Source of the DNA: Vulcanimicrobiota bacterium
Lineage (GTDB): Bacteria; Vulcanimicrobiota; Vulcanimicrobiia; Vulcanimicrobiales; Vulcanimicrobiaceae
Direction of reading: 5' to 3'
NCBI GenBank assembly: GCA_963733295.1
Contig: CAVTCS010000003.1
Location: 1,952,001-2,016,000, forward strand
Length of the DNA stretch: 64,000 bases
Below the pieces are notes generated by a model, which worked only from the letters and a program-made list of their open reading frames with translations, did not search any database and was not told the origin of the DNA. A program made the position numbers and the translations under genes. This document shows positions 1-10,743 of the stretch, piece after piece (position 1 is the first letter of the stretch; every line of letters starts with the position of its first letter).

Positions 1-1
1 G

Positions 2-109
2 AGCGCGTCCGTGCGCGCCGCTTCGATCTATCGCGACGAACGCTTTTCGGATCATGCCCCGCTGACGATCGACTACGATCTCGCGCTCGACGCTTACATT
101 CCGGTGTAA
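2..109 (+). CDS. xth: exodeoxyribonuclease III / AP endonuclease family, C-terminal fragment (truncated by window start)
   Basis: Frame 2 reads [40 protein letters not shown] is the conserved C-terminal ExoIII motif. Not in the ORF track. Confidence 0.75.
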   Translation, partial: SASVRAASIYRDERFSDHAPLTIDYDLALDAYIPV

Positions 110-1775
110 ACCGGTCCCTCGCCGCCTTGCGGCGGGACCCAGGTGATGATCTGATACGGGTCCATGATGTCGCACGTCTTGCAGTGGACGCAGTTGCTGA
201 AGTTAATCTGAAGCCTACCGTCGTACTGCGCGTCGCCGTTCGCGCCGCTCCGCTCGAAGAGCGGCTCGTAGACTTTGGCGGGACAGAAATACTGGCACGG
301 GATTCCCGTACTCGACCGTGCAGCGCTGCGCGCAGATGTTCGTGTCCGCAACGTGCAAGTGCGGGACCTGATCCTCGTCGTGCATCGTTCCGCTGTTGAA
401 AACGTCGGTCAGCTTGTCGAAGGTGAGGACGTTGTCGATCTTCGTGCGCGAATCGACCGCTTTGGGCGCGCGCTCGCTCAGCTTTTTCATTTGCGCGTAA
501 CCGGCCTCACCCCGCAGCCGATCGACGAACCCGAACGCCCGGCCGCCCGCGTACATCGAGAGTCCCGCGTTGAGCATTCCGGCGAAGAGCCCGTTCTTGA
601 ATCCCTGGTGGAAGTTGCGCGCAACGCGCAGCTCCGCGTACGCCCACGACTTCTTGAACGCGTCCTCGAAGCTCGCCAGCGTCGCGGCGTCGTTTTTGCC
701 TGCCGCGAGCGCGTCCATCGCGGTTTCCGCTGCCAGCATGCCGGATTTGATGGCGAGGTGGATTCCCTTGAGCCGCATGCCGTTGAGGAAGCCGCCGGAA
801 TCGCCGGTCAAGAGCAGTCCGTCCGCATACGGGCGCGGCATCGCGTAGAGCCCGCCTTCGGGAATCGCTTTCGCTCCGTAGCGCAGCAGCTTTGCGCCCT
901 CGAGCATCTTCGCGATCGCCGGATGTTGCTTGTAGCGCTGGAAGCGATCGTGGGGATCGGTCGTCGGATCTTCGTAGTCGAGTCCGGTTACGAGCCCGAT
1001 ATCGAGCACGTCGCCGGCCATGCCGTAGATGAAGCCGCCGCCAAAGGTTTCGTTCGGCAGCGGAAAGCCGAACGTGTGGATCACGCTGCCCGGTTTGACG
1101 CTGCCCGGCGCGCACTTCCAAAGTTCTTTGATGCCGACCGCGTAGACTTGCGGATCGCGGCTCCGCGCCGAGCTGCAGTTTTTCGATCGCCTGCTTGGCG
1201 AGCGTTCCGCGCGGACCTTCGGCGATGATGACGACTTTCGCGAGCAGGTCCGGCCCGGGTTCGTAGTTTGCCTTCGGTTGACCGTGGTGATCGAGGCCTT
1301 TGTCGCCGACGCGCACGCCGGTGACGCGGTCGCCGTCCCAGAGCAGTTCCTGTCCGGGAAACGAAGGGAACACGTCGGCGCCCAGCTCCTCGGCGACGCC
1401 GCCCATCCATTTCGTTAACTTTTGCAAGCTGGCCACGAACTTGCCGTGGTTCTTCATCATCGGCGGCATCAGCGCGGCAGGCACGGCCATCTTGCCGCTT
1501 TCGGTCATGTACCACATCGCGTCGCTCGAAACGGGCGCCTCGAGCGGCGCCTTCTCGCGCCAGCCGGGCAGCAGTTCGTCGAGCCCTTTGGGATCGAGGA
1601 CGGCGCCGGAGATTCCGTGATTGCCGATGTCTCCGGCTTTCTCGATCAGCATGACCGAGAGATCGTCCTTCCCGCGTTCTTTCGCAAGCTGACGCAGGCG
1701 AATGGCGGCGGCGAGTCCGGCGGGGCCGCCTCCCACGATCAGGACGTCGACTTCGAGTTGATCGCGTTCAGGCAT
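94..1775 (-). CDS. electron transfer flavoprotein:quinone oxidoreductase (FAD domain plus C-terminal 4Fe-4S), split by two apparent frameshifts (~1165 and ~300)
   Basis: N-terminus [20 protein letters not shown] (FAD Rossmann). Middle frame has [14 protein letters not shown] and [10 protein letters not shown]. Last frame has [12 protein letters not shown]...[10 protein letters not shown]...[10 protein letters not shown]. The three ORF-track pieces join with single-base shifts. Confidence 0.88.
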
Positions 1776-1836
1776 AGCCTTCTGTGATTCACGAAACCGG
1801 GCAAATGTCTTGGCGCCCCCCGGCGAATGGAGAGAC

Positions 1837-3115
1837 ATGCGCCTGAAGCTTGCCTACGGCCGGACGGGCCTCGACGTCGACGTTCCGGACGGCGCGCTGG
1901 TCGTCGAGCCGGCCGACCCGCCGGCGCTGCCCGACGAACTGGCGGCGTTCCGCAGCGCGGTCCGCGATCCCATCCATGCGCCAGCCCTGCGCGAACTCGT
2001 CGCCTCGACCGACCGGGTCGTCATCGTCACCTCGGACGTCACGCGCGCGACCCCGAACGAACGGTTAATTCCGTGGCTGCTCGACGAAATCGGCCACGTT
2101 CCGCTCGACACAAATCACCGTCATCATCGGCACCGGTTCGCATCGCGCCACGACGCCGGAGGAGCTCGTGCAGATGTTCGGCGCGGAGACGCTGGCGCGC
2201 GTGCGCGTGGTCGATCACGACGCGCACGATCCGCAGCAGGTCGCGCACGTCGGCACGACCTCGCGGGGAGCGCGCGCTTTTTTGAACAAGGAATACCTCG
2301 CCGCGGACAAGCGCATCGTCGTGGGCTTCATCGAGCCGCACTTTTACGCCGGATTCTCCGGTGGAGCGAAGGGCGTTATGCCGGGCGTCGCGGGCATCGA
2401 AACGGTGACGTTCTTTCACAACGCGCAGATGGTCGGCGATCCCGGCTCGACATGGATCAATCTCGAAGCCAATCCGATTGCGGCGATGGCGCGCGAAGTC
2501 ACCGCGATGGCTCCGCCTGACTTTCTCGTGAACGTCACGCTCGACAGGCACAAGCGGATCACCGCCTTCTTCTGCGGCGACTACCTGGCCGCGCACGCGA
2601 TCGGATGCGCTTTCTGCCGCTCGACGGCTGCACGCGCCGTAGCATCCCGATTCGACGTCGTCTTGACGACCAACGGCGGCTATCCGCTCGATCAGAACCT
2701 GTATCAGTGCGGCAAAGGTTTGACCGCCGCGGCTCAGATCGTCAAGAACGGCGGAACGATCGTGATGTGCGCCGAGTTGAGCGACGGACTGCCCGAACAC
2801 GGAAACTTCAAAGACATCCTGCGCTCGCGCTCGTCGCCGCGCGAGGTGCTCGACATGATCGAAGCGCCGGGCTACAGCCTCTACGATCAGTGGGCCGCGC
2901 AGAGCCAAGCACTCGTGCAGCTAAGCGCCGAGGTCGAGCTCTACTCGTCGCTGCCCGATAAGACAATTCGCGGCGCACTCTTGCGTCCGATCCACGACCC
3001 GAGCGCAGCGGTGCGAGCAGCACTCGAACGCGCGGGCCGCGGCGCAATCCTGGCCGTGCTGCCCGAAGGTCCGTACGTCGTTCCGTACGTCGCAGCGGCG
3101 ACGGCGCTAGCTTAA
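1837..3115 (+). CDS. larA: LarA-family nickel-pincer-dependent lactate/2-hydroxy-acid racemase, one apparent frameshift at ~2110
   Basis: MRLKLAYG start and SDVTRATP, then after a 1-base shift GTGSHR, VDHDA, EPHFYAGFSGGAKGVMPG, FFHNA and GYPLDQNLYQCGKG. These match LarA motifs. Confidence 0.85.
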
Positions 3116-3163
3116 TTATTCTGCTCGAAGGCTGAATCCGCGCACAGTCGAGTCGAACGATGG

Positions 3164-3197
3164 TGCCCTGCAGGGCATTGCGGATGGTTGCGATACT
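3164..3197 (+). promoter_or_regulatory. 14-bp palindrome followed by an extended -10-like element upstream of the sedolisin gene
   Basis: TGCCCTGCAGGGCA is a perfect palindrome at 3164-3177. TGcGATACT lies at 3189-3197. Confidence 0.3.
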
Positions 3198-3246
3198 TAA
3201 CGTCTCTCGGAACAATCTCGAGTTCTCTATCGAAAGGGACGATTTT

Positions 3247-5238
3247 ATGATACATCGCCCGGTATTCTGTGCGTTCTTTGCAGCGATTTTGGCAGCCGGC
3301 ACTTTGCTCGCGTCGCCGGCAGCCGCCAACACCTCGGCTTTCTCGGCGATTCCCGGAAGCGCGAGGCCCGTCGCCGGAGTCAGTCTCGGCGATTTTAGAA
3401 GCGCACGAATGACGGTCGAGGTCGTCCTGATACCGCGAAATCAGCCGCAAATGGACGCACTGCTTACGCGAGTCTCGAACCCGAACGGTTCGGCCTACCA
3501 GCAATGGCTCCCGAAGGGACGCTTCAACGCCCTTTTCGCTCCGAGCAGCGCCGAAAGCGCGGCCGTGGCAAGCTACTTGCGCGCGAACGGGTTGACCGTG
3601 CAACAGTCGTCATCGCCGTTCTTGCTTCGCGCCGTCGGATCGAGCAGCGCCGTGGCGAACGCGTTCCGAACCAGCCTGCGCACCTACCGCAGCCGAAGCG
3701 GGATCACCTATTTCTCTAACGTTTCGGCCGTGCAGCTTCCGGCGGCCTTGGCACCGGGAATCTTGGGCGTCATCGGCCTTTCCAGCACCGTGCGCATGCA
3801 GCCGCAGATCAAACATTCGATGTCGGCCCGGCAGCGTGGATCACCGGCCGTAGTCAGCTGCGAAGCACCTTATCCGACCGTCGCGCAGCTGTTCGGATAT
3901 TACGTGAACGGGATCAACTTTCCGTTCGGATACGGCGGCGGACCCGGCTGCAACGGCCTCTCGCCCTCGCAGATCAACTCCATGTACGGCGCGCCAAATC
4001 TCGGTGCGCGGGCGCAGGGCGCCGGCGCCAACCTCGCAGTGTTCGAGCTTGCGGGCTACCAGCATTCGGACATCGTCGCGTGGACGACCCAGTTCTACGG
4101 CGCGGGCTACACGCCGCCGCTCGTCGACATCAACGTCGACGGCGGCCCTTTGGACCCGGTGTGCCCGAGTGGTGACACCTGCGCCAGCGGCTACAGCGGA
4201 GATGCTGAGGTCGACGCCGACATCCAGATGCAGCTGGCAGTCTCGCCGGCCGCTCAGCACATCCTCGTCTACAATGCTCCGAACGACGATACGGGTCAGA
4301 CCTCGCTCGATGAGCTCGTCCAAATTGCGAGCGACGATACTGCTGACGTGGTCAGCTCGAGCTGGTCGGTGTGCGAGAACGACGCCGGTGCCGCGTACGC
4401 CGAGGCCGAGAATACGACCTTCGAACAGATGGCTCTGCAGGGGCAGAGCATGTTCGGCGCCGAGGGTGACACCGGTGCCTTCTCGTGCATCAGAAGCGAC
4501 GGTTCGACCGGCCTAGCCGTTCTCGACCCGCCGGCGCAACCGTGGGTGACGAGCGTGGGCGGTACGTCCTTCGAAACCTTCAACCCCGACACCATTGCAA
4601 ACCCGTCCTATCCGGCGGGCATCGAGTCGGTTTGGAACACCGGCGACCTTTGTAACCAGAGCGCGAACGAAGACGGCTTTCCCGGCACCGCCTGGTGCGG
4701 CGCGACGGGCGCGGGCGGGGGCGGCAACAGCCAGTTCTGGGGTGCTCCCCTTTACCAACACACTCCGGGCATAGCCAACGCGTACACGACCTACGGCAAC
4801 GGCACCACGCAATGCGTGCTCGCCGCCAACGGAACGCAGTGCCGCTCGGTCCCTGACGTTTCGGCGAATGCTGATGAGTACACGCCGTACGCCGAGTACT
4901 GCACCGCTAACGCCGGCACTCCGGGCAGCGACTGCGGCTTCACTGCCAACCAAACCCCGCCCGGCTGGTTCGGGGACGGTGGCACGAGCCTTTCGTCACC
5001 GATCTGGTCGGCAATCATCGCCGACCGCGATAGCTTCAACGGCCATCGCACCGGCAACGCCAACAACCTCCTCTACATCCTCTTTCACCTCAATGCGCAC
5101 GCGTACTTCCACGACATCACCGGTGTCGCTCAATCCACCAACAACAACGGTTTCTTCCCGACGACGCCGGGATACGATCTCGCAACCGGCCTCGGAACGC
5201 CGAAGATGAGGAACATCATCACCGGCGAGATGTACTAG
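3247..5238 (+). CDS. secreted S53 (sedolisin/kumamolisin) serine-carboxyl peptidase with pro-domain
   Basis: Signal peptide and pro-kumamolisin-like N-domain (YQQWL...FNALFAPS). Motifs EVDAD (Glu/Asp), GDTG, VTSVGGT, VPDVSANAD, GGTSLSSP (catalytic Ser), and GYDLATGLGTP (Ca site). ATG 3247 follows AAGGGA. Confidence 0.9.
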   Translation: MIHRPVFCAFFAAILAAGTLLASPAAANTSAFSAIPGSARPVAGVSLGDFRSARMTVEVVLIPRNQPQMDALLTRVSNPNGSAYQQWLPKGRFNALFAPSSAESAAVASYLRANGLTVQQSSSPFLLRAVGSSSAVANAFRTSLRTYRSRSGITYFSNVSAVQLPAALAPGILGVIGLSSTVRMQPQIKHSMSARQRGSPAVVSCEAPYPTVAQLFGYYVNGINFPFGYGGGPGCNGLSPSQINSMYGAPNLGARAQGAGANLAVFELAGYQHSDIVAWTTQFYGAGYTPPLVDINVDGGPLDPVCPSGDTCASGYSGDAEVDADIQMQLAVSPAAQHILVYNAPNDDTGQTSLDELVQIASDDTADVVSSSWSVCENDAGAAYAEAENTTFEQMALQGQSMFGAEGDTGAFSCIRSDGSTGLAVLDPPAQPWVTSVGGTSFETFNPDTIANPSYPAGIESVWNTGDLCNQSANEDGFPGTAWCGATGAGGGGNSQFWGAPLYQHTPGIANAYTTYGNGTTQCVLAANGTQCRSVPDVSANADEYTPYAEYCTANAGTPGSDCGFTANQTPPGWFGDGGTSLSSPIWSAIIADRDSFNGHRTGNANNLLYILFHLNAHAYFHDITGVAQSTNNNGFFPTTPGYDLATGLGTPKMRNIITGEMY

Positions 5239-5280
5239 CACACGAAACCAAATCCAGCGTCTGCAGAAAGGGTTTATTGC

Positions 5281-5769
5281 GTGAGAAAGACTGTTTCTTC
5301 ACTCTTCGTTCTGGCGGCGACCATCAGCTTGTTGGGTGCGGGCACGCCGCAATTGCCGCCCGGCGTAACTTCGCAGCAAATGAAATTTTATTTGACGCCG
5401 CTCAAGGATCATCCGTCGGTGATGCCTGCCGACACTCAAGCCTTTCTTGGTTGCATCCCGACGATGGGCTACCATTACGCGAAGCCGCAGAATTGGCCGC
5501 TTGGTCCGATCTACGGCTATTACAACGGAAAGGCGACTTTCACCGAGATTATGGTCGCCAAAAAGCTCTTTGAGCAAGGCCAGAGTTGGAACGACCAACT
5601 GAAGCCGCTACCCGGCTACAAGATCGACCACGTCGACCTCTGGTACGAGCCGCACGGACACCCGGGCTACGAAGCCCCGCACTACGACATTCACGCATGG
5701 TACATTCCACGCAGCCAATATATGTATTTCTGCGACAACAAGTCGGGAGAAAAACCAGCCTGGTTGTAG
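5281..5769 (+). CDS. secreted His-rich protein, DUF5602/TTHB210-like
   Basis: Signal peptide plus PTMGYHY and HVDLWYEPHGHPGYEAPHYDIH motifs. Confidence 0.55.
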   Translation: MRKTVSSLFVLAATISLLGAGTPQLPPGVTSQQMKFYLTPLKDHPSVMPADTQAFLGCIPTMGYHYAKPQNWPLGPIYGYYNGKATFTEIMVAKKLFEQGQSWNDQLKPLPGYKIDHVDLWYEPHGHPGYEAPHYDIHAWYIPRSQYMYFCDNKSGEKPAWL

Positions 5770-5800
5770 GCCGGATCGTCTGCTGCATGGTCTCGAAAGG

Positions 5801-6601
5801 CTAAAGGCGTCCCAGTTGTTCGATCGCGCTCGTGGCCGCGATGCGGTGCATTGCGATCCGGTCGATCCACGGTAGCTTCCGCGGAGATTCGAAGGTCATG
5901 GCGCGCTTCGCGGAGTTGCGCAAGAGAAAGAGATTGTAAGGAAGACCTCCGAGGAAGGTCGCTTCGGCTTGGGCGTCGGTGACGACGCGGCCGTGTTCGA
6001 GGCGCGCGGAACTCGGATGATCGGACGGCGGATAGACGACGTCGAACGAGGCGTGCAGATCTTGAATCGGAAAGGCGGCGTCTTCAACCGAGCGAATGAC
6101 GAACGCGCCGAGCGGCGCCTTCCCGTCGACGAGCGGCTCGTACGCATAGAAACCCTCCGCCTCGTAGTCTTCATGCAGATCGAGCGAGAGCGCGAACTTG
6201 CGGTCGCGGTTCGCCGTGACGATCGCGCGCGCTTCGGGGGTCGCGCCCCCGCGCGAGAAGCTCCGGTTGACGTCGAAACCGTCCTCGTTCTCGCGCGTGG
6301 CCAAACGGTAACCGCTGGGATTCGTGCAGGGCCAGATGCGATACGCGTAGGCGGGATCCAGAAGCCCACACGAGACGAGCGAAAACAGCGCCCAAGGGGC
6401 GGCCGGTTCGTCGCCGTGCACGCCCGAAGCCAGAGCGATCGTCGCGCGAGCCGTCTCGATCCCGCCCTCCGGCACGCTCTCGGCGATCAACAGGGTGCGT
6501 GTCGAACCGACCGTCGCGACTTCGCGAACGGTCAGGCCGGGGCGACGCAGCCGCAGCCCCTTCCACGCCGCGACCAGCTCCTCATACGGGGGCGTTTTCA
6601 C
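5801..6601 (-). CDS. M14-family zinc carboxypeptidase / desuccinylase-like enzyme
   Basis: GVHGDEPA (HxxE), NPSG, NRSF, DLHED and TFESP. GTG start at 6601 overlaps the glcF stop (GTGA). Confidence 0.8.
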   Translation of the reverse strand: MKTPPYEELVAAWKGLRLRRPGLTVREVATVGSTRTLLIAESVPEGGIETARATIALASGVHGDEPAAPWALFSLVSCGLLDPAYAYRIWPCTNPSGYRLATRENEDGFDVNRSFSRGGATPEARAIVTANRDRKFALSLDLHEDYEAEGFYAYEPLVDGKAPLGAFVIRSVEDAAFPIQDLHASFDVVYPPSDHPSSARLEHGRVVTDAQAEATFLGGLPYNLFLLRNSAKRAMTFESPRKLPWIDRIAMHRIAATSAIEQLGRL

Positions 6602-7872
6602 ACGAGCGTCGCGTCGAGAATTTCGATCGGATGCGCCGCCGGTAAACTCAGGCCTCGCTTGGCGAGAATCGATTGAATCTGCAACGTGCAGCCCGGGTTC
6701 GCGCTCGCGAACAGGTCCGCGCCGAGCGCGAGCAGGTTGTCGACTTTGCGTTCGCCGATTTCTTGCGCGCTTTCGGGTTGCACTAGGTTGTAGATGCCGG
6801 CGCTGCCGCAGCACTGGTCGCCGTCCGGGATCTCGAGCAACTGCAAACCGGGAATCGAGCGCAGCAACTCGCGCGGTTGCGCGCGAATCCGCTGCGCGTG
6901 CGCCAGGTGACACGCATCGTGATAGGCGACCTTGATCGGCGCGAAGCGGCGTTCGGCAACCGGCTCGACGCTCGCTAGGAACTCGTTCACGTCTTTCACC
7001 TTGGCGGCAAAGCGTTCGGCAGGCGCGGCCAACAGCGGATCGCCGGCGAAAAGCTCGCCGTACTGCTTGAGCGTCGAACCGCATCCCGCGGCATTGATCA
7101 GAATCGCGTCGACCTCGCTCTCGGCAGCGAAATCTTCGATCAGCGTGGCCGCAAAAGCGCGAGCTTCGAGGTCGCGTCCGGCATGCAGCGAGAGGGCCCC
7201 GCAACAACCTTGTGGCCGTGGGATCACGACCTCGAATCCTTCGGCGGACAGGACCCGGACCGTCGCGGCGTTGACGTTGGGGAAAAAGACGCGTTGAACG
7301 CAACCTGCGATCAAGGCGACGCGCCCGCGCTTCGCGCCGCGCGCAGGCGTGAAGACCGGCAGCGTGGCGCGCAACCGCGAGACGGTCAAGGCCGGAGCGA
7401 GCTCGGCCAACTGTCGCAAGCGCGGCGGTAAGATCGAGAAGAGTCCGAGCCGATTCGCCAAAGCCCGCAAACCGAGTTTCTCGAAGGCATAGAGCGCCGG
7501 CGCCAAGACGCGCAGGCGTTCGGGATACGGGAACAGCGCAAAGATCACTTCGCGGAAGGCCGCGTCGTCGGTCGGGCGCTCGTACTCTTGCTCGATTTGC
7601 GCGCGCGCGCTCTCGATCAAGAGATCGTAGCGCACGCCGGAGGGGCAAGCGGTGACGCATCCCATGCACCCTAGACACGCGTCGAGGTGGCCGACGACGG
7701 TCTCATCGAGCTCGAGCGTTCCGGCGTGAATGCCCGCGATCAAGTCGATGCGGCCCCGCGGCGAGTCGGGCTCGTCGTGCCACGACCGGTACGTGGGACA
7801 GGCCGGCAGACAGAATCCGCAATGGACGCAGTCCGCCAGTAGATCGTCTAGGCTCCGCTGCTCCACCGCCAC
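6598..7872 (-). CDS. glcF: glycolate/D-lactate dehydrogenase Fe-S subunit
   Basis: CVHCGFCLPACP and CLGCMGCVTACPSGV 4Fe-4S motifs, two CCG domains, YHDACHL, SANPGC. Confidence 0.9.
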   Translation of the reverse strand: MAVEQRSLDDLLADCVHCGFCLPACPTYRSWHDEPDSPRGRIDLIAGIHAGTLELDETVVGHLDACLGCMGCVTACPSGVRYDLLIESARAQIEQEYERPTDDAAFREVIFALFPYPERLRVLAPALYAFEKLGLRALANRLGLFSILPPRLRQLAELAPALTVSRLRATLPVFTPARGAKRGRVALIAGCVQRVFFPNVNAATVRVLSAEGFEVVIPRPQGCCGALSLHAGRDLEARAFAATLIEDFAAESEVDAILINAAGCGSTLKQYGELFAGDPLLAAPAERFAAKVKDVNEFLASVEPVAERRFAPIKVAYHDACHLAHAQRIRAQPRELLRSIPGLQLLEIPDGDQCCGSAGIYNLVQPESAQEIGERKVDNLLALGADLFASANPGCTLQIQSILAKRGLSLPAAHPIEILDATLV

Positions 7873-7873
7873 T

Positions 7874-9058
7874 CTAGAGGCCTCCGAGAAAGCGGCCGGG
7901 GTTCAAGCGACGCTCCGGATCGAAACGTTCTTTGAGACGCTTCATCAAGAAAAACGAATCGGGGAGCGTCCCAAAACGGTCGAGCGGACCGGCGAACGTT
8001 TGCTCCGGCATCTCGAGAACGACCAGATTCCCGCCGCATGCTTCAAGGGAAGCGCGCGCGTCGAGCACGGCGCGCACGAAGCGGCCTTCTTCGCGCGGCT
8101 CACCGGAAACGAACCCCGCGCCGAGCGTCGGATAGAGGACCACCCGCGCTGCGTCGAGCGCGCTCTCGAGCGGTGCGAGCGCTTCGTCGGTAACGCGATC
8201 GACCTCCCACGGTGGCGCCGAGAAGCGCATGCGCAGGCTGCCGTGACGGCGTACGCGCTCGTGTACGCGTGGGACCGCATCTCCGGGCGCTTCGTCGATG
8301 GAATACGTGCGCGCGTCGGCGAGAGCCGCCAAGGCGCTGCTCTGCTCGTCGACCCCGGCGCTGAAACCTTCGAACAGCACGCAGACTTCGAACGCGCGTC
8401 CGGTGTGGAACGCAAGCACCGCACTCGGTTCGAGTTGACGCGCGACGATCGCCGCGCAGAACTCGCGCAGTGCGAGCGCTGAGGGAACGACGACGCGCAA
8501 CCAGCGCGACGCTTCCGGAAGCGGGTGCAGCCGGAAGGTTGCGGTCGCGATCATACCGAGCGAGCCGAGCGCGCCGACCATCAGCTTGGGAAGGTCGAAG
8601 CCGGCGACGTTCTTGACGACCTTGCCGCCGCCGCGTACGCGCTTTCCGTCGGCACGGATGACGGAGATGCCGACGATCAGATCGCGCAGCGTTCCGAAGC
8701 GCGCGCGCAGCGGACCGAAGGCGTTCGTCGCGAGCAGTCCGCCCAGCGTCGCGCGTTCGGGGAGCGGCGCATCGAGTGCGAGCCGTTGGCCTTGCGGCGC
8801 GAGCGTACTTTGGAGCTGCGCGAGCGTCACTCCGGCCTCGACGGTGACGATCAGATCGGCGGGCGTGTAGTCGACGATGGCGTTCAACCGATCGGTGCGC
8901 ACGAGCGTGTCGATCCGCTCGGGTGGATTCCCGTAACCGAGCTCGGTGCCGCCGCCGGCAAAGGCAAGCACGCGGCGATCGCTCGCGGCCGCTTGCATGA
9001 CGCGCTCCGCTTCCGCGATGCTGCCGGGCCTCACCGTATTCTGCGCCCCTTCGGTCAA
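7874..9058 (-). CDS. glcE: glycolate/D-lactate dehydrogenase FAD-binding subunit
   Basis: TVEAG, ATLGG, RDLIVG, GGKVVKNVAGFDL and FDPERRLNPGRF. TTG start at 9058 overlaps the glcD stop (TTGA). Confidence 0.88.
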   Translation of the reverse strand: MTEGAQNTVRPGSIAEAERVMQAAASDRRVLAFAGGGTELGYGNPPERIDTLVRTDRLNAIVDYTPADLIVTVEAGVTLAQLQSTLAPQGQRLALDAPLPERATLGGLLATNAFGPLRARFGTLRDLIVGISVIRADGKRVRGGGKVVKNVAGFDLPKLMVGALGSLGMIATATFRLHPLPEASRWLRVVVPSALALREFCAAIVARQLEPSAVLAFHTGRAFEVCVLFEGFSAGVDEQSSALAALADARTYSIDEAPGDAVPRVHERVRRHGSLRMRFSAPPWEVDRVTDEALAPLESALDAARVVLYPTLGAGFVSGEPREEGRFVRAVLDARASLEACGGNLVVLEMPEQTFAGPLDRFGTLPDSFFLMKRLKERFDPERRLNPGRFLGGL

Positions 9059-10518
9059 CCGCGACCCGCTCGATCCGATTCTTCGGCCGCGTGTGGAACG
9101 TAGGTACCCGGGCGGTCGCCGCACAGGCGCGGCGTCGGGAAAACTTTGTTCGGATTGAACGAACGCTCCGGGTCGAACGCGCAGCGAATGGCGTTCATCG
9201 CGTCGAGGTCGTCATCGTCGAACAGTTCGCCGAGGTAGGCTGCTTTGTCCGCACCGACGCCGTGTTCGCCCGTGATCGAGCCGCCATGTCTGATGCAGAT
9301 CCGCAAGATCTCTCCCGCGACAACCTCGGCGCGATGTTCCTCGCCGGGAACGCGCGCATCGTAGAGAACGAGCGGATGCAAGTTACCGTCGCCGGCGTGG
9401 AACACGTTGGCGATCCGGAAACCCTCGCGCGCGCTCAGCTCGGCGATCTCACGCAACACGCGCCCGATATCCGAGCGCGGGATAACGCCGTCTTGAACGT
9501 AGTAGTTCGGACTGATGCGCCCCATCGCGGCGAAGGCGCCCTTGCGGCCTTTCCACATCAGCGCCCGCTCGGCGTCGTCGCGCGGCGCGCGTACTTCGAG
9601 CGCGCCACTGCGCCGCGCGATGTCGCTCGCAAGGTGAGCCGTGTGCTCCGCCTCGGCCCGCGGACCGTCGACGTCCAGCAAGAGTGCCGCGCCGGCGTCG
9701 AGCGGCCAGTCGACGCCGGTCGCCTTCACGATCGCTTCGATCGCCAGCTGATCCATCATCTCGACGGCGGCAGGAACGATGCCGCGCGCGACAATCGCCG
9801 AAACGCAGGCTCCCGCTTCGTCGGTGGAGGGAAACGTCGCGAAAAGCGTGCGCGTCGCTTCGGGGGCGCGCAAGATGCGCACGACGGCCTCGGTCACGAT
9901 GCCCAGCATCCCTTCGCTGCCGACCAAGACGGACATCAGGTCGTAGCCGAGCGGATCGGTGTCGGCCGAGCCGAGCTCGACCAGGCGGCCGTCGGCCAGA
10001 ACGACGGTTGCCGCCACAACGTGGTTGACGGTAAAGCCGTACTTGAGACAGTGCGCGCCGCCGGAGTTCTCGGCGATATTTCCGCCGATCGAGCAAACGC
10101 TCTGCGAACTCGGGTCGGGCGCATAGTAGTAGCCGTACGGCGCGATCGCCTTGGTGATGTCGAGGTTGATCACGCCGGGTTGCACCCGCATGCGCATGTT
10201 CTCGAAATCGACCTCCAGGATGCTCGTCATGCGGGCGAGCCCGATGACGATTCCGTCGGCCGAGGGCAACGCGCCGCCGGAGAGGCCGGTCCCCGCTCCG
10301 CGCGGTACGACCGGTAAGCCGTACTCGTGCGCGATCTTGGCGCAAGCCGACACCTCGGCCGTCGTGGCGGGCAAGACGACGGCCAGCGGACGCACCCGCA
10401 TGCCGGTCAGCCCGTCGCACTCGTAGGTCCGCAACTCCGCGGGCGCCGTCAGGCAGTACTTCTTCCCTACGGCGGCCGCGAGTTCGTCGAGCGCGGTCGC
10501 GCGTTCCACCGTCTGCAA
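9055..10518 (-). CDS. glcD: glycolate/D-lactate dehydrogenase FAD-linked subunit
   Basis: PRGAGTGLSGG, APDPSSQ, IGGNIAENSGGAHCLKYG, GSEGMLG, FHAGDGNLHP, ITGEHGVG. Confidence 0.92.
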   Translation of the reverse strand: MQTVERATALDELAAAVGKKYCLTAPAELRTYECDGLTGMRVRPLAVVLPATTAEVSACAKIAHEYGLPVVPRGAGTGLSGGALPSADGIVIGLARMTSILEVDFENMRMRVQPGVINLDITKAIAPYGYYYAPDPSSQSVCSIGGNIAENSGGAHCLKYGFTVNHVVAATVVLADGRLVELGSADTDPLGYDLMSVLVGSEGMLGIVTEAVVRILRAPEATRTLFATFPSTDEAGACVSAIVARGIVPAAVEMMDQLAIEAIVKATGVDWPLDAGAALLLDVDGPRAEAEHTAHLASDIARRSGALEVRAPRDDAERALMWKGRKGAFAAMGRISPNYYVQDGVIPRSDIGRVLREIAELSAREGFRIANVFHAGDGNLHPLVLYDARVPGEEHRAEVVAGEILRICIRHGGSITGEHGVGADKAAYLGELFDDDDLDAMNAIRCAFDPERSFNPNKVFPTPRLCGDRPGTYVPHAAEESDRAGRG

Positions 10519-10743
10519 GGTCCGGTTCAGCTTCGGGGCGAGGCCGGATTTTACTGTCCGGAAAAGGCACCGGCCGGCCGGCGCCCCGAGGCGAAAGTAC
10601 TTGGCGCTTTGGCAAAATGGGATAGAGCGTTTGCGCCCGGCACGCTACGATTGCCCTCCGGCGGTGCTATGCGCTAGCCGAGGCCGACCCTCGTGGCCGG
10701 CCATTTCGCTTCGCATCGTTTCACTCGACTTAGGAGACATTCA

